Source: Paraphysomonas bandaiensis
Lineage: Eukaryota; Protista; Chrysophyceae
Assembly: GCA_965644295.1 (NCBI GenBank)
Contig: CBFFRP010000181.1
Coordinates: 124,001 to 188,000 of the forward strand
Reading direction: 5' to 3'
DNA length: 64,000 nucleotides
The position numbers and the translations under genes were made by a program. The notes beneath the pieces were generated by a model. The model saw only the letters and a list, made by a program, of their open reading frames with translations. It was not told the DNA's origin and made no database searches. Of the stretch, positions 35,528 through 48,267 are shown in pieces (positions within the stretch are counted from its first letter, which is position 1; every line of letters starts with the position of its first letter).

Positions 35528-36065
35528 CCAGCTGCACACTAAGCGAGTATTCTATTTGGACGATACTAAGGGTATGGACGTACCTTATAATAAGGTTTAA
35601 TTTTGGAATGTGCGAATATAATGTTGTCACAAGGTAACATATAACAGATATTGGTTACGAGTGTTTAAAGTTTATTGAAACGTTGATACAACTAGCTCCA
35701 ATATACGTCCCATTCCCACTGTACGGCCGCAGAGTAGGCTTGCTAGTTCAACACATATAACACTTTTATTGTGCGTTATGTTTACGGAGCCACCCACCCG
35801 TGCATCATCATATATCACACTCAGAACCTACACACTTCACAATGATTAGGCGGGGTTTCAAATTTTCCCCATAGCCCATAGTCCATAGCTACCTTGTGTC
35901 CAGTGAGGAATGTTAAGCCCCATAATGTGCGACTTTTATCTTAACCATGTGTGGACCATGCAAGTATAACGTAGACCTAGCTGAAGCTTTTCTGCACTAC
36001 ACACAAAGAACAAACAACACGCTGTAGTTATAATAAATAATATATATAAGCATTGTTTGATTAAG

Positions 36066-36465
36066 TTAACACTAGCACTACACTGGGACACGCCCTCATA
36101 ATTAGCATTTAACGCTAGTAGGTGGTCTGTACTTTAGGTGACCATGCATAACAATAGGTACATAGAAATGAAACTAAAGAAAAATAAAATACAACGAGCT
36201 AATTTTTTCGCATCCAATTAAGGTGTGATGTGTAGAGAAATATTGGTGTTGATGATGCCGCTCCATAACAACCACATTACAATCACTAATACACATCATA
36301 CATTTATCTTTAAGAAGTTTGTTTGATGAATAAATCATTTTCTTCAGAGATTCTATATTGGGTAATTCTGTAGCTAAACAATGCGTATCAGCAGTGATGT
36401 TAACTGACTTAGTCAAGTTAAGTGCATTGCCTGGTTTAATTAACACTAGCACTACACTGGGACAC
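36066..36465. repeat. 26-bp perfect direct repeats (36066-36091, 36440-36465) flanking a 348-bp segment
   Basis: ttaacactagcactacactgggacac occurs twice. Confidence 0.9.
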
Positions 36466-36784
36466 AACGTAAAGGACATGATTATAGTTCAGAGTGTTGT
36501 ACTTTTATTCGGTAGTACTACCATAATAGTTTGCAATTTGCAATATTATCTCTTATCTCTTTCATTCAATTACTAGTGCAATATACAGTAGAAATATATT
36601 TACGGCACTGCCATTCCACAGTTTACTTCAACAGGGAACACCATATGATCACTATGAACGCAGGATACAAAGGTATTACTCTCACAGTAATATTATGGTA
36701 GATATATTATTAATTATACAGATATCGCAATTGATATATATAGATACAAAAGCTACTATCCTACTTCCTATGCCAAAATGGCAA

Positions 36785-37149
36785 TTACATAAACAGGTGA
36801 CTGTATTTTCCATTGATGTACTCGACCAATTTATTGTAATTCTTCATGTCAAAATTGTTACCAGCAGGTGTAGCAAGCCTCACTTCCAGTGACAGATCAT
36901 CCAACACACGTCCGGTTAACTGCACGTACTTGCTGTATAATAATAACATATATCAGTGTTATTAGATACATATATAGATGTATAGCCTTACTTTTCAAAG
37001 GATTCGCCAGGAGATAAGTGGATCATTACTTCTCCACCATCACATGCACGTACCACATCATGTCTGCCCTCCACTTCACCCATTAAGAGAACAGTTTGTC
37101 CAATATAATTTGCCAAATGCTTTGAATTAACACGTGGGTAGACTTCCAT
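36785..37149 (-). CDS. RPA3: Replication protein A 14-kDa subunit (2 exons)
   Basis: MEVYPRVNSKHLANYIGQTVLLMGEV...RACDGGEVMI, then KYVQLTGRV...GNNFDMKNYNKLVEYINGKYSHLF. These are the RPA3 OB-fold signatures PRVN and FD..Y..LV. Confidence 0.9.
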
Positions 37150-37314
37150 TATCTTCTTGTTGATAGTGTGATATGAAGAGGTACTTATAATAGAGTGCAG
37201 TAAGATATATATACATATATATATGTATGCATGTATGTATATGTATGTGTACAGTGATGTATCTGAGGTAACCAGACACTTCATATGATGGATGAAATTG
37301 AATTTCGAATGAAC

Positions 37315-37448
37315 AATCTGGTGCTCGTGATGTTCACATTTGGATTACTTGGAGTATCTTGTGTATAAAATCTGGTGCTCGTGATGTATGTATCGAGTTT
37401 ATTCCTCTTTACCTCATATATACATACGCAATCTGGTGCTCGTGATGT
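37315..37448. promoter_or_regulatory. Three exact 19-bp repeats AATCTGGTGCTCGTGATGT upstream of RPA3
   Basis: Copies are at 37315, 37369 and 37430 with unrelated 35- and 42-bp spacers. The regulatory role is inferred from position only. Confidence 0.45.
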
Positions 37449-38262
37449 CACACAAGTGTTTGTCCCAATACACTGCTAGAATCACATGATAACCATATAA
37501 AGATATGCAGATATATCTATAGACATGTCCACAACATAATGATGACATATACTACTTTGTATATCAGTCACTATCACGAGTAATGGAATCGTTTTTCCAT
37601 GTGGCACATGACCATTCGGTGTGTGTATGTAATGACCGTTCAATCTGTGTATGACGTAGAAGTTCATATATATTTCTTCATCAGTAATATCATACGAGCC
37701 CTGAATTGATACTTCATTTATTGAAAATTTTAGCTGAGAAATATTTCTCAAGGTCTAGAGCCAGTAGATAGATAATAGATACATGACACATAAAAGCTTC
37801 AATTTTATATGAGTTGATAAAGGTATAAAGTACAAATTGCAACTGGTAATCGACTGATACAGTTTGTATATCTTCGAGCGAACAGAAAATATATGGTATT
37901 GGTTGACCCAAAAAGCAACTCTAGCAGTTACATGTGAACATCCCGAGAGCAGTATCACCTTCGAGAATAAAACCACTACACGCGCAAATCGAAGGACATC
38001 AATATAGGAATCCAAATTAATGAAGAGTTATGAACAACAAATGCAGATATTTTATTACTTCAACGTAAGACAACTGTTGACATAAATTCACCCCACACTT
38101 TAAAATATAACAATTAGATATGTTCCTGTATCGTTCCAATATCTACACACACTCCAAGCTGAACACATGTAAATGCGGTGGAATCAAGATCCCTAGATAT
38201 ACATTGGTCCTGGAGAGAAATTGCAGTATTATACTGGAATTCGCAGTCTAACTACAGAGTAT

Positions 38263-40022
38263 TCACAGTTTCTTTTCCATGAGTCTGAAACAGTACTCGC
38301 ACTCTGTCACCCCGTCCACCGCGAGATCGGTACAGTGTACAGCATTGTGGATATTGTCCTTCCCAAACACAGCTCTCAGTGTCCCTATACACAGATACAT
38401 GTGACTAGAGACAGAAATTTCACACACAAAGAGATTGACACATAAAACAACGACGGATAAAATTACAACATGAAGTGATAAAAGAGAGAAAGATACGCAA
38501 CAACAAAAATGGTGTCTCTTAGTGTAGCATTCATTAAATTTACCTGGTCTTAGCTCTTTGGCCATGTTGACGTCCCATGGTCCACACGTGACCCTGAAGG
38601 TGTTCACAGCATCTTCAGCACGAATTTCAAGAGCCAGACATGGTCCAGATACCAACTCAACTACGTAGTCAGCATAATTGGGAACAACACCTATATGGAT
38701 AATAAATGATACAAATACAATACATTTAACACACACAGAGTGGCGAGCGAATAGCAATAATATGTATCAGTCAAAATTCCCGATTTAGTGTTGAGATATG
38801 ATCATAAGCACCAAGCGTCGGACGTGATTATACTGAATGAAAAGAATAAATATGGAGCACAACAACATACCGTTATAGACCTCAAGGAACTCCTCTGCAC
38901 ACGGCCTGTCAAAAAGGAGGGTCTCAGCAGCAGATATTTCATAACCCTGAGATATTATGCTATCCAGAATCTTGCCCGCCAATCTAATGTGAAGGACAAT
39001 AAGGAAATACGTGACTCACAAAGTCAATGACATCTAATGTAACATACCCAGCCCTGAAAGCGTGAGGTTTCACAATGCAACAAGTACAAGAGTCCAGTGT
39101 AGCGGTCCCAGAAACAGCTGTATCAAAAGAATTCAAATTCACATGATGTGGAAAAGAAATGAGCATACAACGCCTACCATCCCGACTGAAAAGTACAGAT
39201 AGATCGTTGACTTGAGTTCCATTTGACGGCGTCAAACACTGAAAGTCCTTGAGGTTGAGATCAGCCTTTAGCTCTTGACACCTAAATATTTTCGTAAAGA
39301 TTATTCTACTACATATAGCTACTAAATACGACACATTAGAGTGTAATGCAAAGTACATGCTACGAATGTACGACTATACGGAAGTAGAATAATTATAAAC
39401 TCTGCACTTCACTCACTTTGACTCGAGTCTACTGACGCCATCTTCCCCGTGAGCATTAATGAGTAAACACGACCCATCCAATAGTTCCCTCCTGATAGGC
39501 ATGTCAGCAATACGTACGTAATATGTCATGACAAGCACATATCCAAATAGAGTACTTATGTCACTATCAGTAGTACCTTGCACGTTGAGAAATATCTAAA
39601 ATACTACAAACATCGTCGGCAGCCATATCAGACATATAGACTGTCTTTATGCTTTTCACTTGCATAACTGAGGAAATCTTATCAACAAAACGCCCCCAGT
39701 ATGACGCACAGGATGACGGTAGAATAACAATCGAGGGCTGCAGTTGTTTACATAGTACAGATTTGGTATAAGAATCCGCGTAATCCACAATATCCAGCTC
39801 CCTTGAGAAAATAAGTACTTTTGAGCCAATGAAAAGGTCATTGGGGCTTATTTCAGGTGGACAGGGTGATTTTTTGAGAAATACTTTCTTATTCTTCAAG
39901 TCAATCATCTCTACTAAATGCTTTTCCACGAAATACTTCAGAATAAACTTTTTTTTAAGCTGAGGCATTGGGTCGTACCATTCAACCACAAACTGCCACA
40001 ATTCAGTACTTACACTTGCCAT
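38263..40022 (-). CDS. NME7: Nucleoside diphosphate kinase 7 (DM10 + NDPK domains), multi-exon
   Basis: The DM10 domain reads FVVEWYDP...F.LKYF....VEMIDLKNKKVFLKK. The NDPK7 motifs are ATLDSCTCCIVKPHA, AEEFLEVY, SGPCLALE, GPWD...AKELRP and NAVHCTDL..DG..ECEY.F. Confidence 0.93.
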
Positions 40023-40605
40023 ATTATATTATACTTTTATATGACGTATATACTATATAAGAGTCTAGAACTTAGAAGAGTTACAATGAAATATAAGTAT
40101 ATATAACCTTAACATATATATATATACTCTGAAACTGCCGAACCATATTAACATTCAAACATCGAACTGCCAGATTTATTATCCAATCATTGTATAGTAT
40201 TAGTAATGAAAGGGTTATGATTAGTGGAATAGAGTGTATCTTGAATGGCAATATTTTCAGTTTTCTTTTATTACCCCACTTTTTCTTTTTGTCTTAAAAA
40301 CACCCCTTTCATGATATACCGTAGAATTTATGATACTAATATATAAAAATAGGGATATTTATGTTCAGCTGGACATATTCTTATGAAAATACTCGTACAA
40401 CTATGTGAGTCGTTAGCTTAAAATAACTATGGCATAGAGTGGTCCCCACACAGATCTATCTTTGTAGCAATCATAACAAGGATATTCTGATATAAGAATG
40501 CTTATGAGCAACCAATTGTAGTGAGGTGACCGTAGTAGTCATCTATAACGCAACTGTAGCTGTATAAATAGAGTATACATAGTATATATATCATAGATAA
40601 TTCTT

Positions 40606-42237
40606 ATGTCAATCAAAGCTAATACATCACATGTATTAGATATAAAGAGAAGTCGAAATGCTCAAGAGCGACTTCGAAGTGATCATATTGATATGATGTA
40701 TATATTAGAAAACGCGAATTCTGAGATTGAGTCCCTTCAACACGAGAACGAATGCTTGAAAGAACAGATCAAGGAGCTCTGTAAGGGTTTACCGATAGCT
40801 TCACAGCAAACATTTGATTGCGGCCATGAATCAATAATTTTATCCTTGAAAGAAGAAATATCTTTTTTAAAAGGTGAAAATATGACCTTGAAAACTAATA
40901 AAGCAATGGCAGAGAAGACCAAAAAGAAATCTATCCAGGTAGAATATACAACCCACAGTTATTTCACTCCAACAGTACTTATTCATTGTGCGCTATTTGG
41001 AAAACTGAATGTATAGTATTCTTGTAATATTGTCATGTGGAGTAGGACAACGCTGCCTGGTATAAAGAAGAAAGGGAAAAGGAAGCCACTGAGGCGAATC
41101 GCTCCAATATGCGGGTGGAAGACCTGTTGAGTGAATTTCAGCGTATGGTTAGGGAATGTCGGATGTGTTCCGAATTACAGGTTGTTTAGCGCTATGTCTC
41201 TGTTGAATGATCAAGTATGGGATGATGTGTTTCATTCATACGCTGAAGTATGCAAATGCAGTGCCAGAGTACTGTACAAATATATATGTAGTACTGTTTA
41301 GTGTTGTATTGTGTCATAACGTCATACCACAAATCTAGGTTAAGCTGGGACAATCGAGCGATGAGAGAGTGTCCATGGAAGCTGAAGTGGCTACGTCTAA
41401 AGAAATGACAGTATCTCTCCAAGATGAACTGGAAAAACACAAGAATTTGATAGTCACACTTCAAGGTGAGCTGAAAAAGTCAACGGACGCAACAACGTCT
41501 CTTCAATATGAGCTGAATGAATCAAAGGAAGTTGCTGTAAATCTTCAAGAAAAACTTAGCCAATCCATCGAGGTTGCAGCGACTCTTCGAGATGAACTAA
41601 GAAAATCTAATGAATTAGAATTAGTTCTTCAAGATGAAGTCTTAAAGCTGAAGCAAAATCAAAGGGTTCATGTTCAGACTATAGGTGAGTGTTTTTTTCA
41701 ACTCTGTAAATCTGTTTTGCATTTTATCCTCCTCATTGTATTGTGAATACATTTAATTGTATTGAATTTGTAGATGCGCGTACTCAAACGCACACTCCTA
41801 GTAAACCTCTTGAGTCTAAGAAAAGCACTACTTTCATGACACCAATAGACAGCGAACACGACGACAACATATTCAGTGGAAACGATAGTAGCGAGTGTGA
41901 ATCGACAGAGTGTGTAGATCCTCATTCGAATTTTGAGGAAGGCAGACGAGAACGAAACTTCGCGGAGTATGTTTCTAATAAAAGGTCTAATCAGGTATGA
42001 TACGTATTGTTAGTGAAGTAATATATATATGATGTCATGATTGTGTACTATTTTATTCAAACCTAGATCTGTGTGTCGTTTATTTTACAGTTTTCCATCA
42101 CATCTTACTTTTTTATACAGCAAAGCAAGGCTGCAGTTAAGAAATCACATAGTTATTCAGTTGATTCTGTTGGTCCCACCAAAGTTTCTAGAGAGATGTC
42201 CAGTGGATATATCAATCAGAAAAAGAAATGTACATAA
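40606..42237 (+). CDS. Coiled-coil protein of unknown function, multi-exon
   Basis: Heptad-rich exons (LQDELEKHK, LQGELKKS, LQYELNES, LRDELRKS) are joined by GT-AG introns. The gene is head-to-head with NME7. Confidence 0.65.
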
Positions 42238-42976
42238 TGTATAATAAGCATTTATTATTACTCCCAGCTCCCTTTTCTTTTGCAGTAACACACAACACTA
42301 ATTATATTACGGTGCACACTGTGAAATGTTTTACCAGTGTATATCATACCACTACGGCAGCAATATTACATTAACTCGAATACGGCTTTAATCTGCCAAT
42401 AGCACTTATCATTACGATATAGTCATATATCATATGATGGTTAGTAAACTTACTTCACTGGATAGATATATGCAACTGAATATATGACCCCTTATCATAT
42501 ATGGATACACCAAGATATGGCTGTAGGCAGAGATCATACACAGCTATAAATCTGGAGCGAAATGTGCAGAAAATCCAGAAATCAGGAAAAGTACTGCGAT
42601 TTTATTCTAGTTTTATTTGGAATTTCTCGAGTTTTGGCGTTGTATGGAGTGAGTCAACTCGATTTTTATAAAAAAGACATAAATACTCCCGGGTCCCGGG
42701 CATCCATCCGGGTTCCTATCCTTTGAACTGGAGCAGTGGCTGGAATATGTGCGGCAGATAGTATATGTACATGTCTGTATGTATGTATGTATGTATATAT
42801 GTATGTATGTATATGGTAGTAATATGCGGTACTATCACACCAATGAATTTATACTAACATCCATAGCACTCATATATCCCCTTAGCACGTCTCAATATAT
42901 AATACAACTGAATAATATCAGTTCTATAATACATATTGATATTATATAAGACTAATAGAGTGATTAATTAATTAAT

Positions 42977-45900
42977 ATGAGATCTCTATTGCGTCATACT
43001 CGTAGAGTTATATACAGCATATCTTCACCTGGTTACAACTCATTACCTAAACAAATAGGAGGTATATATATAATATGAATGTATAAGAGTTTTATAATGC
43101 ATGTAGGGTTCAAATCAGTGTATCGAATCGCTCAATTGTGTACTGATTCAGGTAACACATTAACTCCAGCTGGTGAGTGTTTTTCTTTTCATTAAAACAG
43201 CGTTGAACTCATTTATTTACTGTGATATTGATAGAATCAATTCCGGAGGAAAGTAAAAATACTTCTGAAGTACCTGAAATTTCATTAGATCAATATCGCA
43301 TCAATATTCGCGCCCGTATATTTAAAGCACGACAGGAACAGAATTACAATAAATTATGTGAAGCCTATCTGCAAGCAAAGTGTGTAAATATGTACTTGAT
43401 TAGCCGTTATTAATATCGTGGCCTTACTTCTATTATGAACAATTTCTTCATGTCAAACAATTGATACTTTTCGATTCTTGTTTCTCTCACCATTCTGTCA
43501 GGTCAAAAGATATCACTCTCGAAGGCAGTGACTATATCACGATACTAAAGGCCTATACTACGTATACGCCTAAGCACCGCTTCTTCATGGATAAGGAGGC
43601 CTTTAATGTGTATGATCTCATATCCTCTTGCAATGTAGCGACAATTGATGTGTTCGAGCATATGATTATGCTCTGCAAATACCACCGTGATGCGAAATCA
43701 CTTCTTCCGGTTAGTGTAATGTGTATAATTTGTAAAATATATGGTATCATTTAAAACGTTGTAATTTTAACCTAAACGTGAGGCCTGTTTGAAAAATTGG
43801 TTCCGTGTTAAGTGTTTATTATTTGCAAATGTATATGTGGAATATGTGTGTAGGAGTTGTTAATGTATTATATTCACATTGCCCTTTATATGATATGTAT
43901 TGTAGATATACAAATCGTTTGTGGAAAGATTCCAGGCCCGTCCTTCGGTAAGATATGTACATCAGCAAAATGCAACTGTATCTACACGTTTGTTAGCTTC
44001 CAAGCTGGTGCTCACGTCATCTCTATTGTTGCATTATTTCTATACTTCCTCTTGTTGCATTTTATAACCGACACTGTAGCATTTGGCAAAATGTATCGAT
44101 GCATTCATACACTGCGAAGACGATGCTATGGCAATGAAACACTACACAACGTATAGATCTAGTATGCCACAGAATACAGATGATGCAACAGGTAATCTAC
44201 AATTTTCTAATGTGTAACGCGAATTATGCACGTGCTACAGAGAAAAATTCGGATTGTGTCTGGCCACCGCTAGCACCAGAAATATATATCAAGCTGTGTC
44301 AATTACTTAGGTATACCAGTGTTGAATGCGTGTTGCTGATATGATCTGCGACTTTGTAACTGATGCAGTTTATTAATAGCGCAAATATCGTATAATACTC
44401 AGATTGTTATAGAAGTTATTGTACCTATTCCTCCTCTGTTTAACTCATTACATGTAGTGTTTGTGGCGAGAAGTTACAGGCTGTACAAATTCTTGAAGAT
44501 CTTGGGAGTGATGTTTCTACAGAAGACCTATGCCAAGCGTTACAAACCAAGCCCTCTGTGCGGAAGAGAATGTTTGAGCTCGTTAACACTGCCCTCATCC
44601 AGTATGACCTGCAGGTGCGTAATTAGGAAGAAAATATTATTGATTAGTAGAAATGTGTGGAACGTAGTATGTACATCAGGACATCGTTGCATGAGTATAC
44701 AATTTATCAATGGCATACTTGGTTAACATCGCATTGATGTTCCTTTGGATTAGATATTACAATATGCGATGAACTGGTGTTTCACCGCACAACTTGAGTT
44801 CGACAGTGGTTTGACAGCTAAAATCTTTGAGGTATGGACAAATTAAAAGTATTGGGCATGTTGATGTTATATTTACAAACATAAGACTGTTAGTGAATAT
44901 CGATGCCGAGGAAGTGTTTTGTTGGTGTTTATGTTTCGTCGTACATGAACTAGTACTCTAGGTCGCAGTAGTATCTGATATAGCGTTTAGTACTAGACTG
45001 AACATATTCTGTCGAATAGTATCATTGCGCTCTGGATTGTAGAGTATTGTGTTAATGATGATGTTGTACAGGTATCAGCAGCAATGTCCAGGCCAGATAT
45101 TATTTCTTTAGCAAGCGCGGTAAATTGTTGAAATATGTCTTTTCATTGTAACGCGCTGTATTACCAATGGCAGTTCGTGGAGCGTTCCGGTAGAGCTCTT
45201 AGCCCCAATGAGCACTTGCACGTCATCATTGCCAACATAAGGGGGGGGCTTCTGGAGAAAGCCATTGAGGCAATGGTCATAGCTGAGGTATGGTCGCGAA
45301 AAGTGCTACACTGTGTATTGTAGTTAATTGTTAGAATATGATATGTTGATTGTCCACATATCCTTAATATTTATGACGAATTTCTCATGTATATCTATAT
45401 TTTTATAGGCTGCTGGGGTTGATCTTTGCGGTCAACGAGATTCTGATCCTGAGAACTCGTCCATTGCTATGCCTGCTTATGTCCAGGAGAGTTTTTCTAA
45501 ACTTATTAGAACTCCATCAGATTTAGACCAGTTGTATTTCGCTTTAGTAGATTTGATGCAGCACAATATACGTCCACCTGTATTGGCTTTGAATAGTGTA
45601 ATTATTGGGGCCGGCAAGACCAACTCACTGGATAAGGCGTTCAGTATGATGCAGGAATTTGAACCAGTGTTTCACACTAAGCCTAACCATTACACGTACA
45701 GGTGAAGTAAAATTGTCCGACCTGCCTATTACGTGATGTTTTCGTCCATGGAACTGCAGTGTATGGTGTATATGCATGCATGATATGATGACATTGCAAA
45801 CTACGTTGTTTGTGTGTCTAAAAGTTCGACACAGAGCGCTACTGGATTCAGTTGGTCGAAGCAGGAGTCCGAAAGTTCCGGCATTACTGACTATTATGCA

Positions 45901-46381
45901 GGTGTTTTGTGCATTGCAGTAATATATTATATGGGATGTTGTATCGTTTGTGTGAAGTACTGTATTTTATTCGGATGATCGTTTATACAATACTCTATAA
46001 CCTGTTTCTTTTTCAAGGAAATGGATTCTGCGGGATTCTCTCCTGATTCAAATTGTTACTCAATCCTGATAGAAACCATGCTACTTGTCAAGGATACAAG
46101 CGGCCTAGATGATATACTTGAGCATATGGAAGAGGAGGGGATTGTGCCAAGTATGAGAACCCTCAGGAGGTTAGCACTTTTCTTTATGAGGGAGGGAGAG
46201 AGTGACAGGACAGAACACGTTAGTATATATCATAATTTGATTTTACCATATTGTGTATTTATATGTATATGTGCAGTTCTGTGAGATTATTCGAAAACAG
46301 TCGAAGCGCGTTCTCCCTGAATACTTTAGAAAGAGGCTAAAGGTTGTATCACTAAAAATGGGTAGAGGAACAGAGTCCTAA
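42977..46381 (+). CDS. Pentatricopeptide-repeat (PPR) protein, probably mitochondrial, many introns
   Basis: PPR-like motifs are PPVLALNSVIIGAGKTNSLDKAFSMMQEF...KPNHYTY and GFSPDSNCYSILIE...ILEHMEEEGIVPS. The N-terminus is MRSLLRHTRRV. Confidence 0.75.
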
Positions 46382-46917
46382 TGCAAGACATATAGCATAT
46401 TGTAGTCCATATTATGGTAGAAGTAGAGGATTATTATGATTCGCAGGTATATAGTGAATCATAGTAACTAAAATATCACTATTCCGTCGATTCACTACTT
46501 GTACATATCAATTTTGTTTTTTCCTTGACATAGATAACTGCCCTGCTAGTGATCTATGCATTCCAGGAAAACGTAAGCAATTAAAGAGTAAAGGTAATAG
46601 AATTATGACTGTTACTTGAATAAAAGAGTTATTCGTGATTTGATGATATGAATTTTACGTTAGTAAAGTTGAAAATACCTTGGAAAAATATAAGATATAA
46701 GGTCTGATAGTATTGAACGGTAGTAGTGACGACATAAATTTCGAGATACTTATAACAGTTTTAATTAATTGATTACGGAGTAGGCTAAAAGTTCAATTTT
46801 ATTTTGGCACCATCTAAATGTCAGTTTGGAATAAACCAAATCTCTACTAAATCAAACAGTACAGATTTAGATGAAGCTTTTTATTAGCGTTACATAGTAG
46901 GATATGAGACATTGTAA

Positions 46918-47516
46918 CTTGGAGTTCTTTCGTAAATATTTCATTTGGGAACTGTGTACTCTCCGGGAACTACAACGAGACCCAACCCTACCAACTTGGA
47001 GTGCGGCCACTCTCAAGAGACTCTCCAGCAGAGCCTGGAATTATTCAATACCGATGGTTGAGCGATTCTAGACGAGGACCATTACCGAGGCTCAGCTGGA
47101 GAATGTGTTTCGCGGACTTCGTACTCTAGAAATAGCATTTGTCAATATTCTCCAGCCGCTTTACGCTGCAGCCAAACAAAGATTCAAGATTGCAGTCGTC
47201 ATTACGTTACCAAAAACCATATATAGACTTCCTCCCAGAACACGTCAGAAACGTAGCAGCACACAATTGAAACGTAGAAACACACGACGGAAATCGCTGG
47301 TTCTTCGCTTATTAGCTGATGAGGTGTAACGAGGCTCACCTCACACGTCCACCCCTCCCACAACCCCAACACAAGTGGAAATACCTCCCCTAAGCCTTGT
47401 AGAGCACCCCAAGGGACGCCTCCCTGACTAAACCAATCAGCACTCCAAGGACTCACGTCCATATAGATCTTTTCCTCACCTTGTGGTGCTTGCGGCGACG
47501 CACATGCAGCTTTTTC
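46918..47516 (+). mobile_element. 5'-truncated retroelement insertion (copy A) with 34-bp perfect TSD
   Basis: The TSD ttagcgttacatagtaggatatgagacattgtaa is at 46884-46917 and 47517-47550. The decayed ORF reads ...ITEAQLENVF...LEIAFVNIL...PKGRLPD*, and the 3' hairpin is TGCG-GCGA-CGCA. Confidence 0.8.
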
Positions 47517-47749
47517 TTAGCGTTACATAGTAGGATATGAGACATTGTAATAGTTAGTTACAGGTAGAAGTCAATTCTAGCGTGACTATAGATCATCTAG
47601 AGATATTTATGTGTGGTGCTGATTCTTGACACCTATTGCTAATAATAAGACTTTCATATATTGTTTACTCATAGCCAAATGCTTGTGTGGTAGAAGGGAC
47701 AGTAATAAGTGTCACTTACTTGTATATACGTCTTTGAGAAACACGAATA

Positions 47750-47881
47750 AACAGGCATCCGGGAATGTGCCCACCTTAAGGGCATCCGGGGTACTGGGCT
47801 GCCAACTGAAGGCTCACTTGAAGGACAGCAGAGAGCGAATGTTGTTGCACTTTGGGGCTTGCGGTGACGCACAAGCAGCTT
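47750..47881 (+). mobile_element. Short 3'-end remnant of the same family (copy B)
   Basis: Ends GGGGCTTGCG-GTGA-CGCACAAGCAGCTT, matching the terminus of copy A. The 5' boundary is uncertain. Confidence 0.5.
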
Positions 47882-48267
47882 AGTTAAATTGCTTTGCTAC
47901 ATTAGTTCTGACTCTTACACGCCTATTGCTAAAGTCAGACATTCACTACTATACTCATGTGGCCATTGTATCACCGTAGCTGCAAAATGCAAGCTAGGTG
48001 ATGAGTTCCCAGAAATCGCACTAGATACGCGGAATTGACGATGAACGAAGACGTAAACAGATTTCTGTTCAGCAAATATGCAACAACAAAAATCCTGAAA
48101 TCAGTGTGAAATGTACATTTCACTTTAGGTATATAAACCGCCAGCCATTGTACTTATCTGCACTATACTATACAATCTGTCTACACTATATTAGTATATA
48201 TACGCACTGTATCTACATACGCACTACATCTATCCATAAAACAGCAACCAAACTTTCGCCTATTTCC

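Noticed and set aside
37315-37448. CRISPR array
   Set aside because: There are only three 19-bp non-palindromic repeats, no cas genes, and the context is eukaryotic and intron-rich. Kept as a possible regulatory motif.
47486-47512. Group II intron domain V
   Set aside because: The GNRA loop plus AC bulge is reminiscent, but the AGC/CGC triad and the lower stem are absent in all three copies and no domain VI follows.
47800-47845. Hammerhead ribozyme (CTGAAG-GCTC...GAGC-GAAT)
   Set aside because: The core lacks the conserved A of CUGANGA and the GAAA, and stems I and III with a cleavage triplet could not be built.
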